Assembly (NCBI GenBank): GCA_022340825.1
Contig: JAJDNE010000009.1
Location: 10,849-74,848 of the forward strand
Length of the DNA: 64,000 nucleotides
Source: Acidiferrobacterales bacterium
GTDB lineage: Bacteria > Pseudomonadota > Gammaproteobacteria > Acidiferrobacterales > JAJDNE01
Direction of reading: 5' to 3'
Under the pieces are notes generated by a model, which saw only the letters and a list, made by a program, of their open reading frames with translations, searched no databases and had not been told where the DNA came from. Every line of letters starts with the position of its first letter. Position 1 is the first letter of the stretch. Below, piece after piece: positions 39,698-48,360 of the stretch. Position numbers and translations under genes: made by a program.

Positions 39698-39731
39698 ATG
39701 ATTCAATAAAATTAGTATATTATTGAATCAT
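39698..39731. promoter_or_regulatory. Perfect 12-bp inverted repeat ATGATTCAATAA-N10-TTATTGAATCAT upstream of tusA
   Basis: Read directly. Lies 145-178 bp upstream of the tusA ATG, in the 423-bp AT-rich divergent region shared with the M48 protease gene. Confidence 0.4.
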
Positions 39732-39976
39732 TATCCTTAGGGACTGTAGATTGCCCATTTGCCGGAAGGTTCGCAAGCCTTGAGAATGGTTTTTTGACAA
39801 CGTGAACGGCTGTGTTTCAATCAAACGACTGGATTGGCTGCATTAAAGAGTAACCTATTGATAAATATAGATATTATTAATTTACATTTTCGAAGCTATA
39901 TTTTCCCGGCTTTCACCCCCATTTTGTCTCTAGTATCGTGATATCGTCACGTCCCTGAGCCAGGATTAAAGATAAC

Positions 39977-41431
39977 TTGCTGTATTATTTAAGAAAATTG
40001 TCAATTTTTTCGCTGGCGGGCATTATTCTCCTTTCTGCGCATCCGGGGATTGCCAGCGAGCTGCCCGAGCTTGGGCAGGATGCGGCGACCATCATTTCTC
40101 CCTACGAAGAACGGCGAATCGGCGAAGAGGCCATGGTTCAGATTCGGCAGTCGCTGGACTTCGTCAATGATCCCGAACTGAGCCATTACCTGCAGCAAAT
40201 CGGGGACCGGCTGGTGGCATCGTTACCGGAGCATCGCAACGACTTCCTGTTTTTCCTGATCGCCCACCCGGAGATTAACGCCTTCGCCCTGCCAGGCGGT
40301 TTTGTCGGCGTGAACACGGGACTTATCATCGCATCTCGCAATGAGTCCGAGCTGGCCGCGGTGCTGGCCCACGAAATTTCGCATGTCACCCAGCGCCACT
40401 GGCCTCGAATGGTGGCAGCCCAGAAAGACCGGGCTGGAATGACTCTCGCGGCAATTCTGGCATCAATTGTTCTCGCCAGCTCGGGAAATCCAAATAGCGC
40501 GGGAGTTGCGATGGCGGCTATGGCAGCCGACGCCGACAGTCAGCTGGCCTTCACCCGCTCATTTGAACGCGAAGCAGACCGCATTGGTATCAGTCTGCTG
40601 TCAGACGGCGGCTATGATGTCTCGGCCATGGCTGGGTTCTTCGAAAGACTGGCGGAAGACAATCGCTATACCGGAGTTGAGGTGCCGGAGTTCATGCGCA
40701 CTCACCCTGTCACCACCGACCGAATTGCCGAAGCTCGAAATAATGAAAAGCGCTTTCCCCACCATCCGTCGAAACAAAGCGAGACATTTCTCCACCTGGT
40801 TGCCCGGATCAAGGCACTTTATCCGCCGAACGGTTCACCGCTGCCAGGATTTCGTGCTGAACTGGCCGACGAGTCCGCGAGCAAGCTTTCTAAACAGGCC
40901 GCTCGCTACGGTCTGGCGCTTGCCTTGATGGTTTCCGGAGAATTTGCCGACGCGAAAAAGGAAATCTCCATACTTCGCGTCGAAAGACCGGATTTTCTGC
41001 AATACCAGGTAGCGGAGGCAGATATCGAGCTGGGAGCCGGTCGTGTCGATAATGGCTTACGCCTGTATCAACATATATATAAGAATCATTCACGCACTAC
41101 CTGGGTAGTGCAGCGCTATGCTGAAGTGTTGATTGCCAATCAACGCGCAGCAACCGCGTTGACCGTGTTAAAACCCTCCCTGAAGCAACACCCCAAGGAT
41201 CCGATTCTGAACAAGCTGATGGCGACAGCGTCGGGCGATACTGGCGACCTGATCCAGGCCCATCGCTCCATGGCCGAATACTATGTTCTGAACGGCGATC
41301 CGCACGCGGCAATCAATCAGCTCAATATCGCCGAGCGCAATGCCGGGAAAAACTTCTACGTACTTGCAGCGATCAAGGCAAGACGCCGCGAAATCGAAAA
41401 TAGTTTGGCAGCCGCCGCTCCAGCAAAATAA
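39977..41431 (+). CDS. M48-family periplasmic metalloprotease with TPR domain (BepA/YfgC-like)
   Basis: Signal peptide, HEISHV (HExxH), C-terminal TPR-like repeats. Uses a TTG start. Confidence 0.8.
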   Translation: MLYYLRKLSIFSLAGIILLSAHPGIASELPELGQDAATIISPYEERRIGEEAMVQIRQSLDFVNDPELSHYLQQIGDRLVASLPEHRNDFLFFLIAHPEINAFALPGGFVGVNTGLIIASRNESELAAVLAHEISHVTQRHWPRMVAAQKDRAGMTLAAILASIVLASSGNPNSAGVAMAAMAADADSQLAFTRSFEREADRIGISLLSDGGYDVSAMAGFFERLAEDNRYTGVEVPEFMRTHPVTTDRIAEARNNEKRFPHHPSKQSETFLHLVARIKALYPPNGSPLPGFRAELADESASKLSKQAARYGLALALMVSGEFADAKKEISILRVERPDFLQYQVAEADIELGAGRVDNGLRLYQHIYKNHSRTTWVVQRYAEVLIANQRAATALTVLKPSLKQHPKDPILNKLMATASGDTGDLIQAHRSMAEYYVLNGDPHAAINQLNIAERNAGKNFYVLAAIKARRREIENSLAAAAPAK

Positions 41432-41492
41432 ACTTGGCGGTCCTTATTTCGGAATAATAATAATCGTATCGTGATACCAAAGCTGTTCAGCT

Positions 41493-41510
41493 TATTATTA
41501 ATTAATAATA
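41493..41510. promoter_or_regulatory. 18-bp perfect AT palindrome TATTATTAATTAATAATA upstream of soxX
   Basis: Read directly; about 280 bp upstream of the soxX ATG. Confidence 0.25.
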
Positions 41511-41788
41511 TATCAGCCTGTTAACACTCTGATCGAAAAGGTAATACGTTTTTGAGCTTCTAAGCGCTTCGATTTATTTTAACTTGTCCTGACAACAAGT
41601 TTTCGGGGTTGCTATCTTATCTACTAGCTATGTATGCTATGTCCCTCTCGCGGGGGATAAGTCTTACAATAACTCGTCTTCCCGTCATGAAAGGTTTCAA
41701 AAAAACCAAGACTAAGCCCGGAAAAATCGGGTCAAACAAAACAACCCCGGACCACCGGATTCAAAGTAACACAAGAGTAGGAGGAGTA

Positions 41789-42223
41789 ATGCGCAATATC
41801 CCCAAAATCTTGGCCGGAGCCAGTGCTGCTGTTGCACTTATCGTCGGTCTTGCACTGTCACCAACTGTTTATGCAGGTGCTGGTGCCAAAGGCGAAATGC
41901 CAAGTAAAAAAGCATGTGCGGCAGCCATGAAAGACGGTTCCGACAAAGTCACCATGGGTGGCTGCATCGCAACCGACCGAAAAGGCGGTAACTGCCACGC
42001 CTGTCATTTCTTCAAAGGTCTTGAGACGACCCGCCTGCAAGCCGGTAACATCGCCCCGCCATTTGTTCAAATTGGCTCGCGTTACTCCAAGGAGCAGTTG
42101 AAGGAACGTCTCTACGACCCGACCAAGCTGAATCCCAATACCTCCATGCCTCCATACGGTAAGCACAAAATCCTAAGTGGCAAGGAAATTGACCTCGTAA
42201 TTGATTGGCTGGTTACCCTGTAA
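41789..42223 (+). CDS. soxX: Sulfur oxidation c-type cytochrome SoxX
   Basis: AGGAGGA SD, then ATG at 41789 (MRNIPKILAGASAAVALI signal peptide). Single CHACH heme motif. The upstream part of ORF 41609.. is rejected. Confidence 0.85.
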   Translation: MRNIPKILAGASAAVALIVGLALSPTVYAGAGAKGEMPSKKACAAAMKDGSDKVTMGGCIATDRKGGNCHACHFFKGLETTRLQAGNIAPPFVQIGSRYSKEQLKERLYDPTKLNPNTSMPPYGKHKILSGKEIDLVIDWLVTL

Positions 42224-42299
42224 GGGTATTCAGCAACAATTCAGCTACGAGTGCGTAGGATTAAAAATACCTATTAGATTTGTTAAGAGGAGATAGAAC

Positions 42300-42776
42300 G
42301 TGAACACAATGAAACGCAGAACTTTTCTGAAAGGCACTCTTGCTAGCGGCGTCATTGTCGCTGCTGCCGGTGCCGGTCTGCTGCGGCCTAGCGAGGTGTT
42401 AGCCTCCGAGTACCCTGCGGGTGCGTTTGGCCAGAAGGGTCTCGACGAGACCATGAAAGCGCTGTTTGGTACTTCTGATGTCACCAAGAGTGACAAGATC
42501 AAATTTATCAATCCGCCGATTCAGGCAGAAAACGCCGCCGTTGTTCCGATTACGATCGAAACTTCGCTGAAGGCCGATACCATTGCCATCATGGTTACCA
42601 AGAATCCGGGTACCCTGGCTGCCAGTCTGGATTTGACCAGCAGCTCCCTGGGTTACTTCAAGACCCGTATCAAAATGGCTGGCACGTCTGACGTACACGC
42701 TGTCGTGAAATCCGGTGGCAAGCTGTACTCCAACGACGTCGTGATCAAGGTAACTGTTGGCGGTTGCGGTGGTTAA
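42300..42776 (+). CDS. soxY: Thiosulfate oxidation carrier protein SoxY
   Basis: Tat signal KRRTFLKG and the diagnostic C-terminal GGCGG. Confidence 0.92.
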   Translation: MNTMKRRTFLKGTLASGVIVAAAGAGLLRPSEVLASEYPAGAFGQKGLDETMKALFGTSDVTKSDKIKFINPPIQAENAAVVPITIETSLKADTIAIMVTKNPGTLAASLDLTSSSLGYFKTRIKMAGTSDVHAVVKSGGKLYSNDVVIKVTVGGCGG

Positions 42777-42822
42777 TCCACGCTTCAACAGCAACGTATA
42801 GCGAAAGCGAGAGGAATTAGAA

Positions 42823-43137
42823 ATGGCAAGAGATATTCGAATCAAGACCCGTACGTCGGGCGGTTCCACCGAGATCCTGACGATGGTTAACCATCCGATG
42901 GAAACTGGTCAACGTAAAGACAAGAAGACTGGCAAGAAAATTCCAGCTCACTATATTGAAAAAGTGAACATCGAGCTGAATGGCAAGCTGGTTGCTTCTG
43001 CCAATCTGGGTGCTGCTGTATCCAAGCGTCCGATGATTGGTGTTCGTGTGAAAGGTGCCAAAGCTGGCGACACCGTCAAGGTGAGCTGGCGCGATAACCA
43101 AAAAGAGAGTGGCACTCAAACTGCATCCGTTAGTTAA
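42823..43137 (+). CDS. soxZ: Thiosulfate oxidation carrier complex protein SoxZ
   Basis: 104 aa, MARDIRIKTR...HPMETG...IEKV motifs typical of SoxZ. Confidence 0.9.
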   Translation: MARDIRIKTRTSGGSTEILTMVNHPMETGQRKDKKTGKKIPAHYIEKVNIELNGKLVASANLGAAVSKRPMIGVRVKGAKAGDTVKVSWRDNQKESGTQTASVS

Positions 43138-43210
43138 GCAATTGATTCACGCAGCACCGGCCACCCCTAGGGAGAGCCGGTGCGAAAGTGACTCACCCAG
43201 GAGGATTTCG

Positions 43211-44038
43211 ATGAAAAAAATTACGAGCGCCCTCGTCATCATGGGGGTAATTTTCGGGCTACCGCTCGCTGCGCAGGCAGATCCGTACTCTGACCTGCAG
43301 GCGTTCCGCGCCCACTTCAAGAAAAAATTCCCGACAGTCAAGCTGTCCGAATACAAAAACGGTCTGTACGCACTGCCGATCGCGAAAGAGCTTCGTACCG
43401 AATGGGAAGAAATCATGGTATTCCCGCCGGCTGAACCGGAAGTAGAATCTGGTAAGAAGTTCTGGAACAAGCACAATTTGGGTTCTTGCTTCAAGAACAA
43501 GGGTGTTGGCATTGCTCAATCCTATCCGCGCTGGGACGACAAGGCGAAAGCTGTTGTTACCGCCGAGGAAGACATCAACAACTGCTTGAAGAGCAAAGGC
43601 CAGAAACCGATCAAGAACATGAAGAAGGGCACGATGGCTTCTGTCACCGCCTACTTCCGCTCCATGGCAAACGGCAAGGCGGTGCGTCTGGATTTGTCCA
43701 ATCCGGGCATGCGCGCCGAGTACGAGTACGGTAAGAAATTCTTCTGGGCACGTCGTGGCCAGCTGAATTTCTCCTGCGCTACCTGCCACGTGCACAATGC
43801 CGGTATGCGCATCGGTGGTAACATCCTGAGCGCGGCGCTGGGCCACACCACCGGTTTCCCGGTATATCGTTCCAAGTGGGGCGGGCTGGGCACTATTCAC
43901 CGTCGCTACGGTGGTTGCAACAAGCAGGTACGTGCAAAGCCGTTTAAGGCACAAAGCCGTGAATACAAGGCGCTCGAAGTCTACGAGACCTACATGAGCA
44001 CCGGTATTCCGCTGTCCGTACCTGGACAACGCGGCTAA
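43211..44038 (+). CDS. soxA: L-cysteine S-thiosulfotransferase subunit SoxA (monoheme type)
   Basis: ATG at 43211 (MKKITSALVIMGV.. signal peptide). Single CATCH heme motif and a conserved GGCNKQ Cys. No second CxxCH. Confidence 0.88.
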   Translation: MKKITSALVIMGVIFGLPLAAQADPYSDLQAFRAHFKKKFPTVKLSEYKNGLYALPIAKELRTEWEEIMVFPPAEPEVESGKKFWNKHNLGSCFKNKGVGIAQSYPRWDDKAKAVVTAEEDINNCLKSKGQKPIKNMKKGTMASVTAYFRSMANGKAVRLDLSNPGMRAEYEYGKKFFWARRGQLNFSCATCHVHNAGMRIGGNILSAALGHTTGFPVYRSKWGGLGTIHRRYGGCNKQVRAKPFKAQSREYKALEVYETYMSTGIPLSVPGQRG

Positions 44039-44062
44039 ACAAAAGACGCAAATGCAAAATCG

Positions 44063-44095
44063 AGCCCGGCCCCTTTCAGGGCCGGGCTTTTTTAT
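44063..44095 (+). terminator. Rho-independent terminator between soxA and soxB
   Basis: 10-bp stem agcccggccc (44063-44072) / gggccgggct (44079-44088), loop ctttca, then tttttat. Confidence 0.75.
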
Positions 44096-44181
44096 CTTCG
44101 ATAAAGAATTTTAGTTGGAATATTTTCAGCATTTAACTCATCTTACAAAGATCAATTTTTTAGTTTTCGGGAGGATCCCAA

Positions 44182-45954
44182 ATGAGCCTATCTCGGCGTG
44201 AATTTTTACAGATGTTGGCCGTCGCTTCTGCGGCCGGCTTCAATTTGGCAGGCTGCGCCAGAGACGCCAATAGCGGTACTGGCAGCAGTATGTACGATTT
44301 CGAGGCATTCGGTAATGTCAGCCTGCTGCATTTTACCGACTGCCATGCACAACTGCTGCCCATCTACTTCCGTGAACCCAATATCAATATTGGTATCGGC
44401 GGAGCCAGGGGCAAGGCACCTCATCTGGTTGGTGAACACCTGCTCAAGGCGTTCGGCATCAAGCCCGGCACTCCGGAAGCTCATGCCTTCACCTATCTGG
44501 ACTTCGTCGAAGCCAGCCGCAAGTACGGAAAGGTAGGCGGATTTGCCCATCTTGCGACACTGATCAAAAAGGTCCAGGGCGCACGCCCGGGTCGCACGTT
44601 GCTGCTCGATAGTGGTGACACCTGGCAAGGCTCTGCCACGGCATTGTGGACACGCGGCAAGGATATGGTGGGCGCCACCAATCTGCTGGGTGTGGACGTC
44701 ATGACTGGCCACTGGGAATTTACCTACAAGGATTCCGAGACGATCTCCAATATCAAGGACTTCAAAGGTGAGTTCGTTGCGCAGAATGTGTTCGTCAAAG
44801 ACGAGGCTGCATTCGACTATCAGTTTGCCGACTTCCCCGGTTTCAACGAGAACACCATGCGCGCGTTCAAGCCATACACCATCAAGGTGGTAAATGGCGT
44901 ACGTGTAGCTATTATCGGTCAGGCCTTCCCGTATACCCCGATTGCGAATCCAAAGTTCAACATCCCGTCATGGACTTTCGGTATCCGCGATTCGGAAATG
45001 CAATCTGTGGTCGATGAAATCCGTGCGAAGGAGAAGCCGGGCGCAGTGGTGGTCATCTCGCACAACGGTATGGATGTGGACCTGAAGATGGCCAGCCGTG
45101 TTAGTGGCGTAGATGCCGTTCTCGGCGGCCACACGCATGATGCGGTTCCGGGCGCCATCCCGGTCAAGAACAAGGGTGGCACTACACTAGTTATTAATTC
45201 TGGCTCCAACGGCAAGTTCCTGTCGGTGCTTGACCTGGATGTGAAGGGTGGAAAAGTCCGCGACTTTCGCTTCAAGCTGGTGCCGGTCTTCGCCAATATG
45301 CTGGAACCGGACCCGGAAATGGCTTCCTACATTGAAAAAGTACGCGCGCCGTACAAACCCAAGCTGGACGAAGTGCTGGCTGTGAATGAGGGCGTGCTTT
45401 ACCGTCGCGGCAACTTCAACGGTACTTTCGATCAGCTTATTCTGGATGCCATGGTTGAAGTACGCGGCGCCGATCTGGCGTTCTCCCCCGGTTTCCGCTG
45501 GGGAACCTCCATCCTGCCCGGTGACGCCATCACCATGGATCGGGTCATGGACCAGACAGCCATCACGTATCCGAAATCAACCGTCAACGAGATGACCGGT
45601 GAACAGATCAAGATCGTGCTGGAAGACATCGCTGACAACTTGTTTAACGTTGATCCCTACTACCAGCAGGGCGGTGATATGGTGCGCGTGGGTGAACTCA
45701 AGTATGCCATCAACCCGAATGCCAAGATGGGCAGCCGTATTTCCAACATGGAGCTAAAGGGCAAGCCGATCGACGCCAACAAGAAGTACAAGGTTGCTGG
45801 CTGGGCCAGTATCAACGAGCAGCCGGATGAACTGCCGGATATCTGGGATGTGGTCGCGGAATATTGCCGCAACAAGAAGACTATCAACATCAAGGAAGCC
45901 AATGTTCCGGTGATCAAGGGTCTCAACAACAATCCTGGTGTAGCCAAAGCCTGA
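44182..45954 (+). CDS. soxB: Thiosulfohydrolase SoxB
   Basis: 590 aa, Tat signal SRREFLQM, metallophosphoesterase (HFTDCH, GDTWQGS, GHWEF) and 5'-nucleotidase C-terminal domain. Confidence 0.92.
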   Translation: MSLSRREFLQMLAVASAAGFNLAGCARDANSGTGSSMYDFEAFGNVSLLHFTDCHAQLLPIYFREPNINIGIGGARGKAPHLVGEHLLKAFGIKPGTPEAHAFTYLDFVEASRKYGKVGGFAHLATLIKKVQGARPGRTLLLDSGDTWQGSATALWTRGKDMVGATNLLGVDVMTGHWEFTYKDSETISNIKDFKGEFVAQNVFVKDEAAFDYQFADFPGFNENTMRAFKPYTIKVVNGVRVAIIGQAFPYTPIANPKFNIPSWTFGIRDSEMQSVVDEIRAKEKPGAVVVISHNGMDVDLKMASRVSGVDAVLGGHTHDAVPGAIPVKNKGGTTLVINSGSNGKFLSVLDLDVKGGKVRDFRFKLVPVFANMLEPDPEMASYIEKVRAPYKPKLDEVLAVNEGVLYRRGNFNGTFDQLILDAMVEVRGADLAFSPGFRWGTSILPGDAITMDRVMDQTAITYPKSTVNEMTGEQIKIVLEDIADNLFNVDPYYQQGGDMVRVGELKYAINPNAKMGSRISNMELKGKPIDANKKYKVAGWASINEQPDELPDIWDVVAEYCRNKKTINIKEANVPVIKGLNNNPGVAKA

Positions 45955-45971
45955 TTGTTTCCTGGCGTGCC

Positions 45972-46012
45972 AAAAAAGCCTGGCCGTGAAAGCGGGCCAG
46001 GCTTTTTTATTT
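45972..46012. terminator. Bidirectional terminator between convergent soxB and the 46026-46412 gene
   Basis: A-tract, stem agcctggccg / cgggccaggct with a GAAA loop, then T-tract ttttttatttt. Confidence 0.75.
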
Positions 46013-46025
46013 TCTGTTGAACTGA

Positions 46026-46412
46026 TCAGTTAACCGTAAATCGATCACCCGATTTTCGGGTCAGGTCGACCCGCACACGCTGCTTGCTCCAGCCGTGCAC
46101 CTTGTCATGTGCCTCCACGAATACCGTCTTGGTTCCGGCGGGTATCTCGATACCTCCCTGGCTTCGGGTAAAGGGCTGTTCGTGCTCATGTGGGTGATAC
46201 AGGATACGCTTACCCAGAACGCTGCCCTTCTCATCCACCACACGCCACTGATCAGCGTAGTGATCCCAACCTGTATCCTGGTGGCGCAAGGTCGTACTGA
46301 CATACCAGCTACCCCCCTGGCGGCTGAATTCCGTGCTAACCACTTCCACCTCATTGGCCTGAATCGACGCCCAGGGCAACAATGCCGCCAGCCAGTAAAT
46401 CGAATATTTCAT
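46026..46412 (-). CDS. Periplasmic hypothetical protein with a His-rich motif (YHPHEHEQPF)
   Basis: 128 aa, signal peptide MKYSIYWLAALLPWASIQA, predicted all-beta by eye. No family recognised. Confidence 0.6.
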   Translation of the reverse strand: MKYSIYWLAALLPWASIQANEVEVVSTEFSRQGGSWYVSTTLRHQDTGWDHYADQWRVVDEKGSVLGKRILYHPHEHEQPFTRSQGGIEIPAGTKTVFVEAHDKVHGWSKQRVRVDLTRKSGDRFTVN

Positions 46413-46606
46413 ATTCTCTCCTCCCCAGGATAAATATCCATTATACCGAGATCGTCGTCGAATCAGGATAATTACATTCTTTCAACAGGTTACGGCTCCA
46501 ACCCGGCGCCGATCGGAATGGAAGTTGGCGTGCGCCTTAGGTAGAATCGGCGGCTTCAACTTTTTGGCTATTTACATTAATTCAAATATTTCGGGGAGAA
46601 CCCTCT

Positions 46607-47473
46607 ATGTCTGCAAAACATCCCGTCATTGCCATCACCGGATCTTCCGGCGCCGGCACGACCACCGTTAAGCGTGCGTTCGAACATATTTTCTTTCGGG
46701 AAAAAATTAATCCGGTCATCATCGAGGGTGACAGTTTCCACCGCTACAACCGCGCAGAAATGAAAGCCGCGGTGGCCAAAGATGCCACCGGTCACTTCAG
46801 TCACTTCGGTGCCGAGGCGAATGAATTCGAAAAGCTGGCGAATCTGTTCAGGCAGTATGGTGAGAACGGTACCGGTGAGAAACGTTTGTACCTCCACAGC
46901 GACGAAGAAGCTGCCCCCTATGAAGGTCTGAGTCCTGGTGAGTTTACGCCCTGGGAGAAGATCCCTGAAGGCACCGATCTGCTGTTCTACGAGGGGCTGC
47001 ACGGCGGTATCGCCACTGACACCATCAATGCAGCGCAGTTTGTCGATTTACTCGTCGGCGTGGTGCCGATCGTGAATCTCGAATGGATCCAGAAAATCCA
47101 TCGTGACACGGCAGAACGCGGATATTCCCCGGAAGCCGTAACCGACACCATCCTGCGTCGCATGAACGACTACGTCAATTACATCACACCACAGTTCTCA
47201 CGGGCGCATGTTAACTTCCAGCGTGTTCCGACGGTTGATACCTCCAACCCGTTTATTGCGCGCGATATTCCAACGCCGGATGAGAGCTTCATCGTCATTC
47301 GTTTTCGCGATCACAATGGTGCGGACTTCCCCTTCCTGCTGAACATGATCCATGATTCATTCATGTCTCGCCCGAATACCATTGTCGTACCGGGTGGCAA
47401 AATGGGCTTTGCCATGGAACTGATCCTGACTCCAATGATTCACGACATGATGGCGAAAAAACGCGCCGCCTGA
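46607..47473 (+). CDS. prk: Phosphoribulokinase
   Basis: 288 aa, MSAKHPVIAITGSSGAGTTTVKRAFEHIF... typical of bacterial CbbP/PrkB. Confidence 0.92.
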   Translation: MSAKHPVIAITGSSGAGTTTVKRAFEHIFFREKINPVIIEGDSFHRYNRAEMKAAVAKDATGHFSHFGAEANEFEKLANLFRQYGENGTGEKRLYLHSDEEAAPYEGLSPGEFTPWEKIPEGTDLLFYEGLHGGIATDTINAAQFVDLLVGVVPIVNLEWIQKIHRDTAERGYSPEAVTDTILRRMNDYVNYITPQFSRAHVNFQRVPTVDTSNPFIARDIPTPDESFIVIRFRDHNGADFPFLLNMIHDSFMSRPNTIVVPGGKMGFAMELILTPMIHDMMAKKRAA

Positions 47474-47497
47474 TTTTTCCGGCGTGGAAATACCGAG

Positions 47498-47529
47498 GCC
47501 CTGCAGTCGTGAGACTGCAGGGCTTTTTT
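47498..47529 (+). terminator. Rho-independent terminator after prk
   Basis: 11-bp stem gccctgcagtc / gactgcagggc, loop gtga, then ttttttg. Confidence 0.8.
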
Positions 47530-47539
47530 GTCGCTTGCC

Positions 47540-48106
47540 CTAGTCTTTTACCGGTTCGAATTGATCGAGAATGTGGTAATGGGCACCTTCAGCATCCAGC
47601 ACCGATTCGACCAGCGCAAACCGGTCAAAGTGGCACTCCAGCGCCGACATCCCCGATTCTTCCGGTCCGCGTTTTACCTTTCGCGCCAACGTCAGGTGCG
47701 GCTGATATCGTCGTTGCTCGGGCTGATAGCCACAGTGAGAAAGGCGTTGATTCAACTGATCCACCAGGTCAGTCAGTTGCGTGACTGGCTGGCTACAGCC
47801 GGCCCACATTACACGCGCTCGCGGAAACCAGCCCAGGCAATCGAACACCAGCGGGAACGGCTGCCAGTGAATCTCGGCCGCCGCCCTGCGCGCGCAGTCG
47901 GCGAACGCCGCGTCAACCGGCCCCAGAAACGCCAGTGTCAGGTGTATTTTATCTTTCTGGGTGAGTCGGGCAGCGCGGCCTTGTAGCTGCTTCTGGGCCA
48001 CCTGATGCAAAGCCACCTGGTGATCGGCAGACGGCCACCAGGCAAAAAACAACCTGCGGTGGACCGGCCCTTCGGAGATCTGGTTGTCACCAGTAGTGGA
48101 CTGCAT
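47540..48106 (-). CDS. thpR: RNA 2',3'-cyclic phosphodiesterase / 2'-5' RNA ligase family (ThpR/LigT)
   Basis: Two HxTxxF-type motifs (HLTLAFLG, HLTLARKV). ATG at 48106. The longer ORF-track version reads through the tRNA gene. Confidence 0.8.
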   Translation of the reverse strand: MQSTTGDNQISEGPVHRRLFFAWWPSADHQVALHQVAQKQLQGRAARLTQKDKIHLTLAFLGPVDAAFADCARRAAAEIHWQPFPLVFDCLGWFPRARVMWAGCSQPVTQLTDLVDQLNQRLSHCGYQPEQRRYQPHLTLARKVKRGPEESGMSALECHFDRFALVESVLDAEGAHYHILDQFEPVKD

Positions 48107-48192
48107 TCCGTTTCCTGCATTTGCTTGGAGACCTGAACCAAGATAATACGTCGCGGGTGCCCGCGGGCACAGTCTGAAAAAAGGGAGAAAAA

Positions 48193-48268
48193 TGGTGGGC
48201 CGTGTAGGACTTGAACCTACGACCAATGGATTAAAAGTCCACTGCTCTACCAACTGAGCTAACGGCCC
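48193..48268 (-). tRNA. tRNA-Lys (anticodon UUU)
   Basis: Manual cloverleaf, 76 nt: GGGCCGT/ACGGCCC acceptor, GCTC/GAGC D stem, anticodon loop CTTTTAA, GTAGG/CCTAC T stem with TTCAAGT loop, encoded CCA. Confidence 0.93.
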
Positions 48269-48360
48269 GGAGGAAATGAGGCGCGATTATCCCGGGCACC
48301 TACCGGGTTGTCAAACCGGCCTCCCGATGATTCAGGAGGCCGATTGACGGGGGAAACAAG

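Noticed and set aside
41609-41788. Upstream extension of the soxX ORF
   Set aside because: There is no SD at 41609, whereas a strong AGGAGGA precedes the ATG at 41789, which begins a proper signal peptide.
48107-48253. N-terminal extension of the thpR ORF (MVEQWTFNPLVVGSSPTRPTIF...)
   Set aside because: This peptide is the read-through translation of the tRNA-Lys gene (a classic artefact). The real start is the ATG at 48106.
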